Shown here one piece after another: positions 8,010 through 15,434 of a DNA stretch of 41,212 nt. Position 1 is the stretch's first letter. The number at the start of each line of letters is the position of its first letter. The stretch is from assembly GCA_963588675.1 (NCBI GenBank), contig CAVAIH010000001.1:1-41212 (forward strand), in the 5' to 3' direction. The notes under the pieces are model-generated. The model ran no database searches. It had not been told where the DNA came from and saw only the letters and a program-made list of their open reading frames with translations. Origin of the DNA: Sphaerochaetaceae bacterium (lineage in GTDB: Bacteria > Bacillota > Clostridia > Peptostreptococcales > Anaerovoracaceae). The position numbers and the translations under genes are program-made.

Positions 8010-8096
8010 TTCTTGCAGGGTGCGAAATTCACGATTTACACATTCGCGCCACGATTCCGCAATTTAATTTAATTCAATTGCGGATTTACAGAACTT

Positions 8097-8172
8097 GTCT
8101 CGGTAGCTCAGGGGATAGAGCACTGCTCTCCTAAAGCAGGTGCCGCGCGTTCGAATCGCGCTCGGGACACCA
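8097..8172 (+). tRNA. tRNA-Arg (anticodon CCT), CCA encoded
   Basis: I folded the cloverleaf manually. The acceptor stem is gtctcgg/tcgggac. The D arm is gctc-aggggata-gagc. The anticodon arm is ctgct-ctCCTaa-agcag. The variable region is gtgcc. The T arm is gcgcg-ttcgaat-cgcgc. The discriminator is A, followed by CCA. Total length is 76 nt. Confidence 0.92.
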
Positions 8173-8179
8173 CAGCAAG

Positions 8180-8227
8180 CGCCGAAAGCCTAGATTTCTT
8201 TTCTGAGGTTTTCGGTGTTTTTATTTT
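8180..8227 (+). terminator. Rho-independent terminator after the tRNA
   Basis: A 12-bp stem (8180-8191 pairing with 8206-8217, including 2 G-U pairs), a 14-nt loop, then tttttatttt. Confidence 0.7.
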
Positions 8228-8363
8228 CGATTCCGTAGCATACTATTCATGAAAAAAATGCGGAATCCGCAAAAAAATCAGATACACATCAGGGATCGGC
8301 GGTGCCGAAGTATTCCTTTAGATCGGAAATCAAGGATAAAAAAACGAAAAGAGAAGGATTCAT

Positions 8364-9467
8364 ATGAGAAACACTTATTTGGAAATTGACACACAGGCAA
8401 TTAAATATAATCTTGAGAGCATTCAAAAGCATGTCGGAAAGGACGTGGCGCTTTTCCCAGTCATCAAGGCTGACGCGTACGGAACAGGCGTTGAAAGCAC
8501 GCAGGACGCGCTGGTGCAGGCGGGAATCGAAACCGTTGTTGTCGCGATTGTAGACGAGGCTGTCGAGCTTAAGAACAGGGGATTCACTCAGGACATAATT
8601 ATTCTGAACGGGCTTTCGCCTGCGAATACATCTGAGCTCTGCTGTGTAGTAGATCTTGGATTGATTCCTGCTGTGTCGGTTCTGGAAGTTGCCGAAAAAC
8701 TCAACGAGATTGCTCATGCTCTTGGCAAGGTTCAGAGAATTCACGTCGAGCTTGAGACGGGAATGGGCAGAACCGGTGTTAAGAAGGAAGATATGCTCGA
8801 TTTCGTGAAGAAGATTTCTGCTCTTAGCAATATAGAAATCGAAGGCATGTTCTCGCATTTTTCTTCGGCGGATTCAAGCCCCGAATATACAGCTAAGCAA
8901 CTTAAGATTTTCAAAGATGTCAAGGACGAGCTCTCAGCTAACGGATATGAATTCAAATATTATCATTTGGCAGCAAGCTCAGGCATCATCGCATATCCGG
9001 AGGCATATTTCAACGCGGTAAGGCCGGGCATCATATTGAAGGGCTATTATCCAGCCGAGGATATGCGCTCTATGCTCTCACTCAAGCCTGCAACCAAGCT
9101 CAAGTCCGAAATTGTCTATATTAAAGATGTTGAGCCTGGCACCGCAATCAGTTATTCGAGGACTTACGTGACGGACAAGCCTTCTCGCATCGCAACTATC
9201 CCAATGGGTTATGCGGACGGTCTTAGGAGGGAGCTTTCCAACAGGGGCAGGGTTCTTGTTAACGGTCAGTATGCTCCGATTGTCGGATCGATATGCATGG
9301 ACAATTTCATGATCGATATTACGGGCATCGATGCTAATCTCGGCGACGAGATTGTCCTCTGGGACAACGATAAGATTACTCTTGAGGAAATTGCCGACAT
9401 TTGCGGGACAATAAATTACGAGATACTCTGCGGAATTTCCGAAAGAGTACCTCGCGTTACCGTGTAG
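8364..9467 (+). CDS. alr: Alanine racemase
   Basis: VIKADAYGTG carries the PLP-lysine motif. The C-terminal ..PMGYADG..R.. and ICMDNFMIDIT are also typical. It is 367 aa with an SD GAAGGA. Confidence 0.9.
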   Translation: MRNTYLEIDTQAIKYNLESIQKHVGKDVALFPVIKADAYGTGVESTQDALVQAGIETVVVAIVDEAVELKNRGFTQDIIILNGLSPANTSELCCVVDLGLIPAVSVLEVAEKLNEIAHALGKVQRIHVELETGMGRTGVKKEDMLDFVKKISALSNIEIEGMFSHFSSADSSPEYTAKQLKIFKDVKDELSANGYEFKYYHLAASSGIIAYPEAYFNAVRPGIILKGYYPAEDMRSMLSLKPATKLKSEIVYIKDVEPGTAISYSRTYVTDKPSRIATIPMGYADGLRRELSNRGRVLVNGQYAPIVGSICMDNFMIDITGIDANLGDEIVLWDNDKITLEEIADICGTINYEILCGISERVPRVTV

Positions 9468-9482
9468 TTGAATTTCGACTTA

Positions 9483-9518
9483 GCGTCGATTTAGCTTCGG
9501 CGCAGTTCGACGCATTTT
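9483..9518 (+). terminator. Possible terminator hairpin between the convergent alr and Zn-ribbon genes
   Basis: A 7-bp stem (gcgtcga at 9483-9489 pairing with tcgacgc at 9507-9513), a 17-nt loop, then atttt. Confidence 0.35.
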
Positions 9519-9533
9519 GCCTTAGCCAAGGTC

Positions 9534-9818
9534 CTATTTAAAAAATTTTCCGACTTCGTCTTTATAGACGAAGTCTGTTTTTCCTCCGCACTTTGGGCAT
9601 AGTTCCGACAGGTAACCGAAGCCCTCGCCGTAACCGCCGAAGCCCTTCTCGAGAGAAGCATTTCCGCAGAAGGCACAGCAGTGCGAAGCCGAGCCGTCTC
9701 TGTTGTCGACTTTGATATCCTTGCCGTAATTTGGTAGTTTGTCGAGGCCCCTGTCCTCGAAACCGCAGGCCACCTTGTCAAGCTCTCCCTTGGTCATAAC
9801 CCATCTTCCGTCAGCCAT
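9534..9818 (-). CDS. Small Cys-rich zinc-ribbon protein (hypothetical)
   Basis: A 94-aa ORF with CAFC (within HCCAFC) and CPKC pairs. A strong SD AGGAG lies 7 nt upstream of the ATG. Confidence 0.6.
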   Translation of the reverse strand: MADGRWVMTKGELDKVACGFEDRGLDKLPNYGKDIKVDNRDGSASHCCAFCGNASLEKGFGGYGEGFGYLSELCPKCGGKTDFVYKDEVGKFFK

Positions 9819-10044
9819 TTTGATCTCCTATCACCTTTGTTGTGGACCGCGATGCGGGCCGTCGTGCGCTCGACTCTGCGAATCGTAAAGTAAGCGGTGG
9901 TACACGACGCCGTGCGAGCAAACGCGCGACACACGCTTTAATAATTTTATCATTTATCGAACTAACATTAAACACTAAGTCTGAAAGTCGGGCTTGGGCT
10001 CTTGCGGATAGCAAATACCAAGTCTGCATTCGGTACTTTTGCCC

Positions 10045-10073
10045 TTGTGAATAACGGGGCCAAAAGCTATAAT
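10045..10073 (+). promoter_or_regulatory. Promoter of the MATE gene; the -10 box ends 9 nt before the ATG, so the mRNA would be near-leaderless
   Basis: TTGTGA (10045-10050), a 17-nt spacer, then TATAAT (10068-10073), then caattcgtt and the ATG at 10083. No SD is present. Confidence 0.5.
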
Positions 10074-10082
10074 CAATTCGTT

Positions 10083-11366
10083 ATGGAAAGTACAAGAAAA
10101 AGATTCTATACCAATTTAATACCTGCGGTGCTGGCCTATACCCTGGCTGGAACCTATGTCATCGTTGACGGCTGGTTCGTCGGCAACGCTTGCGGTGACT
10201 ACGGTCTGAGCGCACTTAATATCGCTTGGCCCGTTCTTTGCGTGCTTCAATCTCTGGGGACAGGTATCGGAACTGGCGGTGCCGTTTTATACAACATTCA
10301 ATCCTCTTCGGGAAACCACGACAAAGCCGTCGAGTACCTTCGAGCCACCTTCACCTATCTTCTAATCGCAAGCGTCATCGTGATAATGGCGATTTTTTTC
10401 AATCTTGAATGGATTCTCAGACTGCTTGGCGCGAGCGGCAAAACGCTTGAGCTTGGCCTCATCTATTCGAAAATAGTTCTGCTTGGCGGTTTTTCTCAGT
10501 TCATCGCAACGGGCATTGTTCCTATTATCCGAAACAACGGCGACGCCAAATACGCCATGCTTGTCATGGTCAGCGGTTTCGGCTTCAACATAGTGTTCGA
10601 CTGGTTGCTTATCTGGGAATTCGGTATGGGCGTGGCAGGCGCGGCTTATGCGACAATCGGCGGTCAGCTTCTTACTGCCATCGGTGGAATCGCTTATTTA
10701 ATTCGCCGTAAAATCCCCGTGTTCAGGTTCTCGTTCCGCCTCAAGCAGGTGGTCAGGATTTCTCAGCTCGGCATTTCGTCGTTCGGACTTTCCATTTGTC
10801 CGAGCATAAGCCTTCTTCTGATGAACAGATATTTCGCTGTTCTCGGAGGCGCGGAGGCCCTTGCCGCATATGCAGTTATATCCTATGTAATCTCTATCTC
10901 GTATTCGTTATTGCAAGGTGTTGCCGAGGGGACACAGCCTCTTATCAGCGAGAGCTATTCCCGCGAGGACGCCCGCGCGCTTTCTACATATCGCAAGCGC
11001 ACCTATATCGCAGGCGAACTTTCCGCGTTGTTAAGCGTCTTGCTTCTTTTCTGTATAAGAAAAAATCTCGGCTCGCTGTTCGGCACGTCTGTGTCGGCAG
11101 GAAATCTTGTCAGCGAGAAAATTTGGATTATGCTACTCGGAATGTTCTTCCTTTGTTTTACAAAAATCGCAACGGCTGGCTTCTACGCGGTCGAGCGGGC
11201 GCTCTCTGCAATGATCATGGCTTATGCGGAGCCTGTCTTGGTATTTCTGATTCTGCTCGTCCTTCCGGGCTTCCTCGGCGTGGACGGAGTATGGTATGCC
11301 GAGGCCGGCGCCCAAGTGCTAAATGCAATCCTCGGTGTGATTCTCATGTGCCGTCAGCGAAAATAA
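10083..11366 (+). CDS. MATE-family efflux transporter
   Basis: About 427 aa with 12 predicted TM segments and MATE-like repeats (..VGNACGDYGLSALNIAWP.., ..GVAGAAYATIGGQ..). The ORF-track start at 10002 runs through the promoter, so I chose the internal ATG at 10083. Confidence 0.8.
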   Translation: MESTRKRFYTNLIPAVLAYTLAGTYVIVDGWFVGNACGDYGLSALNIAWPVLCVLQSLGTGIGTGGAVLYNIQSSSGNHDKAVEYLRATFTYLLIASVIVIMAIFFNLEWILRLLGASGKTLELGLIYSKIVLLGGFSQFIATGIVPIIRNNGDAKYAMLVMVSGFGFNIVFDWLLIWEFGMGVAGAAYATIGGQLLTAIGGIAYLIRRKIPVFRFSFRLKQVVRISQLGISSFGLSICPSISLLLMNRYFAVLGGAEALAAYAVISYVISISYSLLQGVAEGTQPLISESYSREDARALSTYRKRTYIAGELSALLSVLLLFCIRKNLGSLFGTSVSAGNLVSEKIWIMLLGMFFLCFTKIATAGFYAVERALSAMIMAYAEPVLVFLILLVLPGFLGVDGVWYAEAGAQVLNAILGVILMCRQRK

Positions 11367-11407
11367 AAGCCTATTACGGAATTGCTTCTGTAATAGGCTT
11401 ATTCTTT
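11362..11407. terminator. Bidirectional terminator (MATE on the plus strand, rpsF operon on the minus strand)
   Basis: An 11-bp stem (aagcctattac at 11367-11377 pairing with gtaataggctt at 11390-11400). It is flanked by aaaataaaa upstream and attcttt downstream. Confidence 0.75.
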
Positions 11408-11494
11408 GTGCTATTTGTTAGCTTTGTCTTTCTTGGATAAGCAAACGATTAGCTTGTTCTAGTTCAGATCAGATTTGAGTCGTTCTGATTCGGA

Positions 11495-11743
11495 CTAGTG
11501 CTCAGCATCGAATGGCAGAAGTGCAACGACTCTTGCTCTCTTGATTGCCTTTGCAACAGCTCTCTGGTGCATTGCGCAAGTACCTGTTACTCTTCTTGGG
11601 AGAATCTTACCTCTCTCTGTAACGTACTTCTTCAGAGTCTCAACGTCCTTGAAATCGATCTTCTTATCCTTATCAGCACAGAACTGGCACACTTTCTTTC
11701 TTCTCATGCCCATGCCCTGGCGCTTCTGATTCTTATTATACAT
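11495..11743 (-). CDS. rpsR: 30S ribosomal protein S18
   Basis: [50 protein letters not shown]. An SD AAGGAG lies before the ATG at 11743. The ORF-track N-terminal extension is rejected. Confidence 0.92.
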   Translation of the reverse strand: MYNKNQKRQGMGMRRKKVCQFCADKDKKIDFKDVETLKKYVTERGKILPRRVTGTCAMHQRAVAKAIKRARVVALLPFDAEH

Positions 11744-11756
11744 GCTCTCTCCTTTC

Positions 11757-12227
11757 TTAGAATGGAAGGTCCTCTGCTGCAGCCTGGAATGAGTCAGGAA
11801 TATCCATATCCTCAAATCCGCCTGTTACAGAACCATTTCCGTATTCACCAAAGTTATCATTTGAATTGTTTCCGCCGTAATTGCCGGAATTACCGGAGTT
11901 GCCATTACCGGAACCACCGCCAAGAAATTCGACATTATTTGCAATCACATCTACTGTGTTAACATTTATGCCGTCCTTGTTCTTGTAGCTGTCTGTCTGG
12001 ATTCTTCCAGATACAGCTGCCTGACGACCCTTCTGGAGATATCTACTGCAATTCTCAGCCTGTTTTCCGAAAACAGTAATTCTGATGAAGTCAGCTTTCT
12101 TCTCTTTGTTCTGTGAGAAAGGTCTGTCTACAGCCAGTGTAAAATGACATACTGCCGTCTGCGTATTAGCTGTGTAAGCTAATTCTGGATCTCTGGTCAA
12201 TCTTCCGATTAAAACTACACTATTCAT
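11757..12227 (-). CDS. ssb: Single-stranded DNA-binding protein
   Basis: [16 protein letters not shown].. forms the OB fold. It has a G/N-rich linker and an acidic tail ending in DLPF. An SD GAGGAG lies before the ATG at 12227. Confidence 0.92.
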   Translation of the reverse strand: MNSVVLIGRLTRDPELAYTANTQTAVCHFTLAVDRPFSQNKEKKADFIRITVFGKQAENCSRYLQKGRQAAVSGRIQTDSYKNKDGINVNTVDVIANNVEFLGGGSGNGNSGNSGNYGGNNSNDNFGEYGNGSVTGGFEDMDIPDSFQAAAEDLPF

Positions 12228-12228
12228 A

Positions 12229-12519
12229 TTATTTCTCCTCTTCAGGGCATACAATAATATGTCTCATGACGTTATCGGAAATTCTCATTCTTCTGTCAAG
12301 TTCCTTAGGGAGCTCAGCTTCAGCCTTGAAAGGAATAACTACATAATAACCATCAGTCTTCTTGTTGATAGCATATGCAAGCTTTCTGTTGCCCCATACA
12401 TCAGCTTCTCCAGCTTCGCCAGCCTTGTTGATGATGTCCTTGACTGTCTCGATCATTGCTGCTTTCTGGTCTTCAGCCAGATCAGGATCGAGCACGAATA
12501 ACAGTTCATAATCTCTCAT
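12229..12519 (-). CDS. rpsF: 30S ribosomal protein S6
   Basis: MRDYELLFVLDPDL..WGNRKLAYAI.. It is the first gene of the conserved rpsF-ssb-rpsR order. Confidence 0.92.
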   Translation of the reverse strand: MRDYELLFVLDPDLAEDQKAAMIETVKDIINKAGEAGEADVWGNRKLAYAINKKTDGYYVVIPFKAEAELPKELDRRMRISDNVMRHIIVCPEEEK

Positions 12520-12590
12520 TTTCTTTCACCTCCTATGGACTAGATGGCACCTTTCGGTGCAGGATTGCGTGCCTTTGCGCACGCCCAATA
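12520..12590 (-). promoter_or_regulatory. Structured 5' leader of rpsF (candidate S6:S18-binding autoregulatory leader)
   Basis: On the minus strand, two hairpins (gcgtgc-gcaaag-gcacgc and gcacc-gaaa-ggtgc) lie between the -10 box and the SD GGAGGTG. Confidence 0.4.
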
Positions 12591-12618
12591 ATTATACTTC
12601 TTTTCCTTGAAAAGTCAA
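12591..12618 (-). promoter_or_regulatory. rpsF operon promoter
   Basis: On the minus strand: TTGACT (12618-12613), a 16-nt spacer, then TATAAT (12596-12591). Confidence 0.65.
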
Positions 12619-12637
12619 CCGCTTTCTAAATTTGATT

Positions 12638-12704
12638 GATGCGCGGTTGTTGTGCGGGCCGGTGCGCGGGTTGCCGTGCGGGTTGCTCTGCGGGTTGGTG
12701 TGTG
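12638..12704. repeat. GC-rich degenerate tandem tract with an approximately 12-bp period (core gtgcgggtt)
   Basis: The units are gatgcgcggttg, ttgtgcgggcc, ggtgcgcgggtt, gccgtgcgggtt, gctctgcgggtt and ggtgtgtg. The tract lies between the rpsF promoter and the 12717-12735 terminator. Confidence 0.85.
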
Positions 12705-12708
12705 AATT

Positions 12709-12745
12709 TAAAAAAAGCGAGGCGCTCGGCCTCGCATTCTTTCTT
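12709..12745. terminator. Bidirectional terminator, strong on the minus strand (end of the AGCS/ATP-grasp operon)
   Basis: A stem of gcgaggc (12717-12723) pairing with gcctcgc (12729-12735), with a 5-nt loop. It is flanked by an A7 run upstream (12710-12716) and attctttctt downstream. Confidence 0.8.
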
Positions 12746-12840
12746 ATCGAAAATTCTCGGTTCGTGTCGAATCTTGTCGGTTCTTGTCGAGCTTTGTCGA
12801 ATTTTGTCGAACCTGATTTTTCTAATTTTTCCTAAAATTT
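12741..12840. repeat. 10-bp-period degenerate tandem tract, about 10 units (consensus nttttgtcga)
   Basis: The units are ttcttatcga, aaattctcgg, ttcgtgtcga, atcttgtcgg, ttcttgtcga, gctttgtcga, attttgtcga, acctgatttt, tctaattttt and cctaaaattt. The last unit contains the ATP-grasp stop codon (12832-12834). Confidence 0.9.
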
Positions 12841-13848
12841 CAAATCTGGCAAAAGTTCTCTGTAGAAAGGCAGTACCCCGATTCCGTCCGGCGTGTTGTA
12901 GTACAGCTGAACCAGGTCTGTTCCGGCCCAGATGTTTCCCTCAACAAGGACAGGTCCCTTGTCCGAAAGTCCAACGTCCCAGCCGATGTGTCTAACCTCG
13001 GGAACTATCAAAGCTGCTTCCTTGCACATCGCAATTGCCTCGTCATACAGCGGAATCTTGAAGCCCTTGAATTCAACGCCTGTCTCAGGATGCTTCTCGT
13101 ATGAATGAGCAATGAGGTCGTCGGTGGCAATTGATTTAACGACGCCTGTTTCCTTATCCACAGCACAAATCAATCCGCCCCGTCCGGAGTTGTCGCATAC
13201 CGATCCGCCGTTTCCGCACTTGAGAATTACATAGGCAACATATACCTCGTCGCCGACCCTTTCTGTAACTACTCTCATGCAGTTGATCGCATGCGGATAC
13301 AGCCTGTTCATCTCAGGATGCTGGATAATGCATTCCTCGATCGCACAGTCGCCCTTCGACTTGATGTAGTCGTACATATCCTTTAGAGTGTTGAAATCCT
13401 TCTTATAAAGCTTCTCAACTCCTCTTCCGGAATCACCGCTTTCGGGCTTTGCAAAAGCCGATTCCTTGTCAGCCATAAAGGCTTCGAATTCCTCGTAGCT
13501 TGCGGTTCTTCCGTCAAGGAAGTCCCTCTTCATATACTGTGAAAATTTCTTCTGGAACTCGTTCTTGTTGTCGATAGCCTGTCCGATTTCGGCGTCGTTC
13601 ATATAATCGAGCAGTTTCTTGTTACGAACTCTCGTGAGATATGTATCTCTCTTGACGTTCTTATCGAAAAAGCCGTACATCATATAATCGTAGTATCCGG
13701 CGCCGTGCTTTACGGCGGCACCAACCATATCGAAGAACATTACGAACTTCGACCTGCCACTTATCTCGTGACTGCGGTCAAGACACTCCTTGATTTTCTC
13801 GAAGCGAACTCCGCCCGCTATTCTTAAGAACCATTTAGCACTTGGCAT
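12832..13848 (-). CDS. ATP-grasp ligase, 'sugar-transfer-associated' ATP-grasp (PF14397-like) / alpha-L-glutamate-ligase-related
   Basis: 338 aa. FAKPESGDSGRGVEKLYK, GNGGSVCDNSGRGGLICAVDKETGVV, HPETGVEFKGFKIPLYDEA and VRHIGWDVGLSDKGPVLVEGN match the layout of this ATP-grasp clade. This is recognition by eye only. Confidence 0.65.
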   Translation of the reverse strand: MPSAKWFLRIAGGVRFEKIKECLDRSHEISGRSKFVMFFDMVGAAVKHGAGYYDYMMYGFFDKNVKRDTYLTRVRNKKLLDYMNDAEIGQAIDNKNEFQKKFSQYMKRDFLDGRTASYEEFEAFMADKESAFAKPESGDSGRGVEKLYKKDFNTLKDMYDYIKSKGDCAIEECIIQHPEMNRLYPHAINCMRVVTERVGDEVYVAYVILKCGNGGSVCDNSGRGGLICAVDKETGVVKSIATDDLIAHSYEKHPETGVEFKGFKIPLYDEAIAMCKEAALIVPEVRHIGWDVGLSDKGPVLVEGNIWAGTDLVQLYYNTPDGIGVLPFYRELLPDLKF

Positions 13849-13849
13849 A

Positions 13850-15247
13850 TTACTTTAATTCCTTTCTTTCAGCCTTGCATTTGGCGGTATACTCCTTGAG
13901 CATCTCGAAAACCTGTGGGCTGAGGGCAAGAAGTGCAATCATATTAGGTATGAATATGAATCCTACTACCATGTCTGCAAGATCCCAAACCTGTGTTACA
14001 GGAAGTGTGCAGGAAATAATAGGTGGTATGAAGAATATCCATTTGCATACCTTTGCGATCCTCTCGTTGAATACATATTCAAGGCTTGTGCGGAATTCTA
14101 CGAAGAATCCGAGGTATGAAGAATATGCAAAGAGGAATACGCAAATTCCCATAACGCCGACGCCGATAGGGCCGAGAGCATCTCTAAATGCCGCAAATGT
14201 CAGATATACGCCTGTGAGCTGTTCGCCGTTGGAGCCAACCTGAGCCCAGAGGGTTCCGTCTCCCACGCAGAGGATTGAGAGTCCTGTCAGACTGCAGATG
14301 ATGATTGTGTCGATGAATACTTCAACTACACCATAGAAACCCTGGTGAATTGGGTGGTCTGTCTTAGCTGTAGCATGTACAGTTGCTGCAGTACCCTCGC
14401 CGGCTTCGTTGGAGAAAATTCCTCTGAATCCGCCCTTTGTCATTGTAAGGAGAACTGTTGATCCTGCAAAACCGCCAACAGCTGACATTGGCTTGAATGC
14501 GTATGTGAATACCATTCCGAGTGCGTGTCCGAGGTGGTCTGCGTTCATGCAGATGATGATCAGACATGCAACAATGTAGATAACGCACATTGGAGGAACC
14601 ATTACAGAACAGAACTTACCGATTCTCTGTGTTCCGCCTATTACTACGAAAAGGCTGACAACAGCAATCGCGATACCTGTTACAACAAGTGGTACTCCGA
14701 AAGCATCGTCAAGCGCTGTAGCCGCTGTATTTACCTGTATGAATGCAGCATCGCAAAGTACAAGCAGGAGAAGAGCAACTGCATATATGGATGCAAGCCA
14801 TGCCCACTTCTTTCCGAGGCCGTTCTTGATGTAGTGCATAGGTCCGCCGTAATACTCTCCGTCCTCACCCTTTTTACGATATTTAATCGAGAGTGAAACC
14901 TCGGCGAGCTTAGTCATCATTCCGAAGATTGCTGTCATCCACATCCAGAACAAAGCTCCTGGTCCGCCGACAGCAAGAGCTGTAGCAACGCCGGCAATGT
15001 TACCGCTTCCTACTGTTCCTGCAAGAACCGTAGAAAGAGCCTGGAAAGGTGTCAAGCTTCCTTCTAAGTCGTCAACGTTCTTGTCCTTCTTGAACATTTC
15101 TCCGAAGGTCTTGCGGAAAATCAAAGGCAGGCATCTGATCTGGAAAAATCCTGTGCGTATGCCGTAGTAAAGTCCACCGCCTACGAGAAGAATAAGCATT
15201 GGGTATCCCCATAATGTGTCTAGGAAGTCATATATCTGTCCCCACAT
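13850..15247 (-). CDS. Alanine/glycine:cation symporter (AGCS family)
   Basis: LTPFQALSTVLAGTVGSGNIAGVATALAVGGPGALFWMW is the AGCS signature. It is 465 aa with an SD AGGAG. Its stop lies 1 nt from the ATP-grasp ATG. Confidence 0.88.
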   Translation of the reverse strand: MWGQIYDFLDTLWGYPMLILLVGGGLYYGIRTGFFQIRCLPLIFRKTFGEMFKKDKNVDDLEGSLTPFQALSTVLAGTVGSGNIAGVATALAVGGPGALFWMWMTAIFGMMTKLAEVSLSIKYRKKGEDGEYYGGPMHYIKNGLGKKWAWLASIYAVALLLLVLCDAAFIQVNTAATALDDAFGVPLVVTGIAIAVVSLFVVIGGTQRIGKFCSVMVPPMCVIYIVACLIIICMNADHLGHALGMVFTYAFKPMSAVGGFAGSTVLLTMTKGGFRGIFSNEAGEGTAATVHATAKTDHPIHQGFYGVVEVFIDTIIICSLTGLSILCVGDGTLWAQVGSNGEQLTGVYLTFAAFRDALGPIGVGVMGICVFLFAYSSYLGFFVEFRTSLEYVFNERIAKVCKWIFFIPPIISCTLPVTQVWDLADMVVGFIFIPNMIALLALSPQVFEMLKEYTAKCKAERKELK

Positions 15248-15360
15248 AGTCTCATCTCCTTTTTCTGTGATTGTTCTTTAATTCTTCGCTCTTAAGCCGT
15301 TTCTTAAGTCGAATAAATTCGTGCGCATTCGTGTTTTTCGCACATAAAAAACTTCTTTTG

Positions 15361-15369
15361 ATTGTACCA
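15361..15369 (-). promoter_or_regulatory. Candidate extended -10 (TGGTACAAT) for the AGCS operon
   Basis: The minus strand reads cttgtggtaTGGTACAATcaaaag. A leader of about 110 nt follows before the SD. Confidence 0.35.
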
Positions 15370-15397
15370 TACCACAAGAAGCTTTTCTATTATTTAA

Positions 15398-15434
15398 GGC
15401 AAATTTCACATTGAAAATTGCAGTGAAATTTGCC
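15398..15434. repeat. Perfect 12-bp inverted repeat (ggcaaatttcac / gtgaaatttgcc) with a 13-nt loop
   Basis: The arms are at 15398-15409 and 15423-15434. The position fits a terminator-like hairpin after icd or an operator before the AGCS promoter. Confidence 0.6.

Noticed and set aside
8056-8260. GCGGA/TCCGC palindromes at 8056-8084, 8248-8260 and 31812-31832 as extra IclR operators
   Set aside because: Arm orientation or spacing differs from the 33111-33127 site. The shared core is only 5-7 nt, for which I estimate about 5 chance occurrences of a 7-mer in 2 x 41 kb. They are more simply explained as RNA hairpins.
8097-8363. tRNA-Arg as an integration site for a genomic island
   Set aside because: There is no integrase or recombinase nearby. 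I found no direct repeat of the tRNA 3' end by eye. The flanking genes (alr, CoA-transferase) are housekeeping-like.
8289-8858. 189-aa minus-strand ORF overlapping alr
   Set aside because: alr on the opposite strand has unambiguous motifs. This ORF has no SD and no recognisable domain.
11743-12254. N-terminal extensions of rpsR (to 11815) and ssb (to 12254) in the ORF track
   Set aside because: The internal ATGs at 11743 and 12227 are preceded by AAGGAG and GAGGAG and give canonical S18 and SSB N-termini. The extensions would overlap the upstream genes.
15248-15360. Glycine or another riboswitch in the AGCS leader, and a T-box upstream of trpS
   Set aside because: The AGCS leader is AT-rich with only 5-bp hairpins and lacks the conserved glycine-riboswitch cores that I can recognise. 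There is no room for a T-box before trpS. A covariance-model scan would be needed to be definitive.
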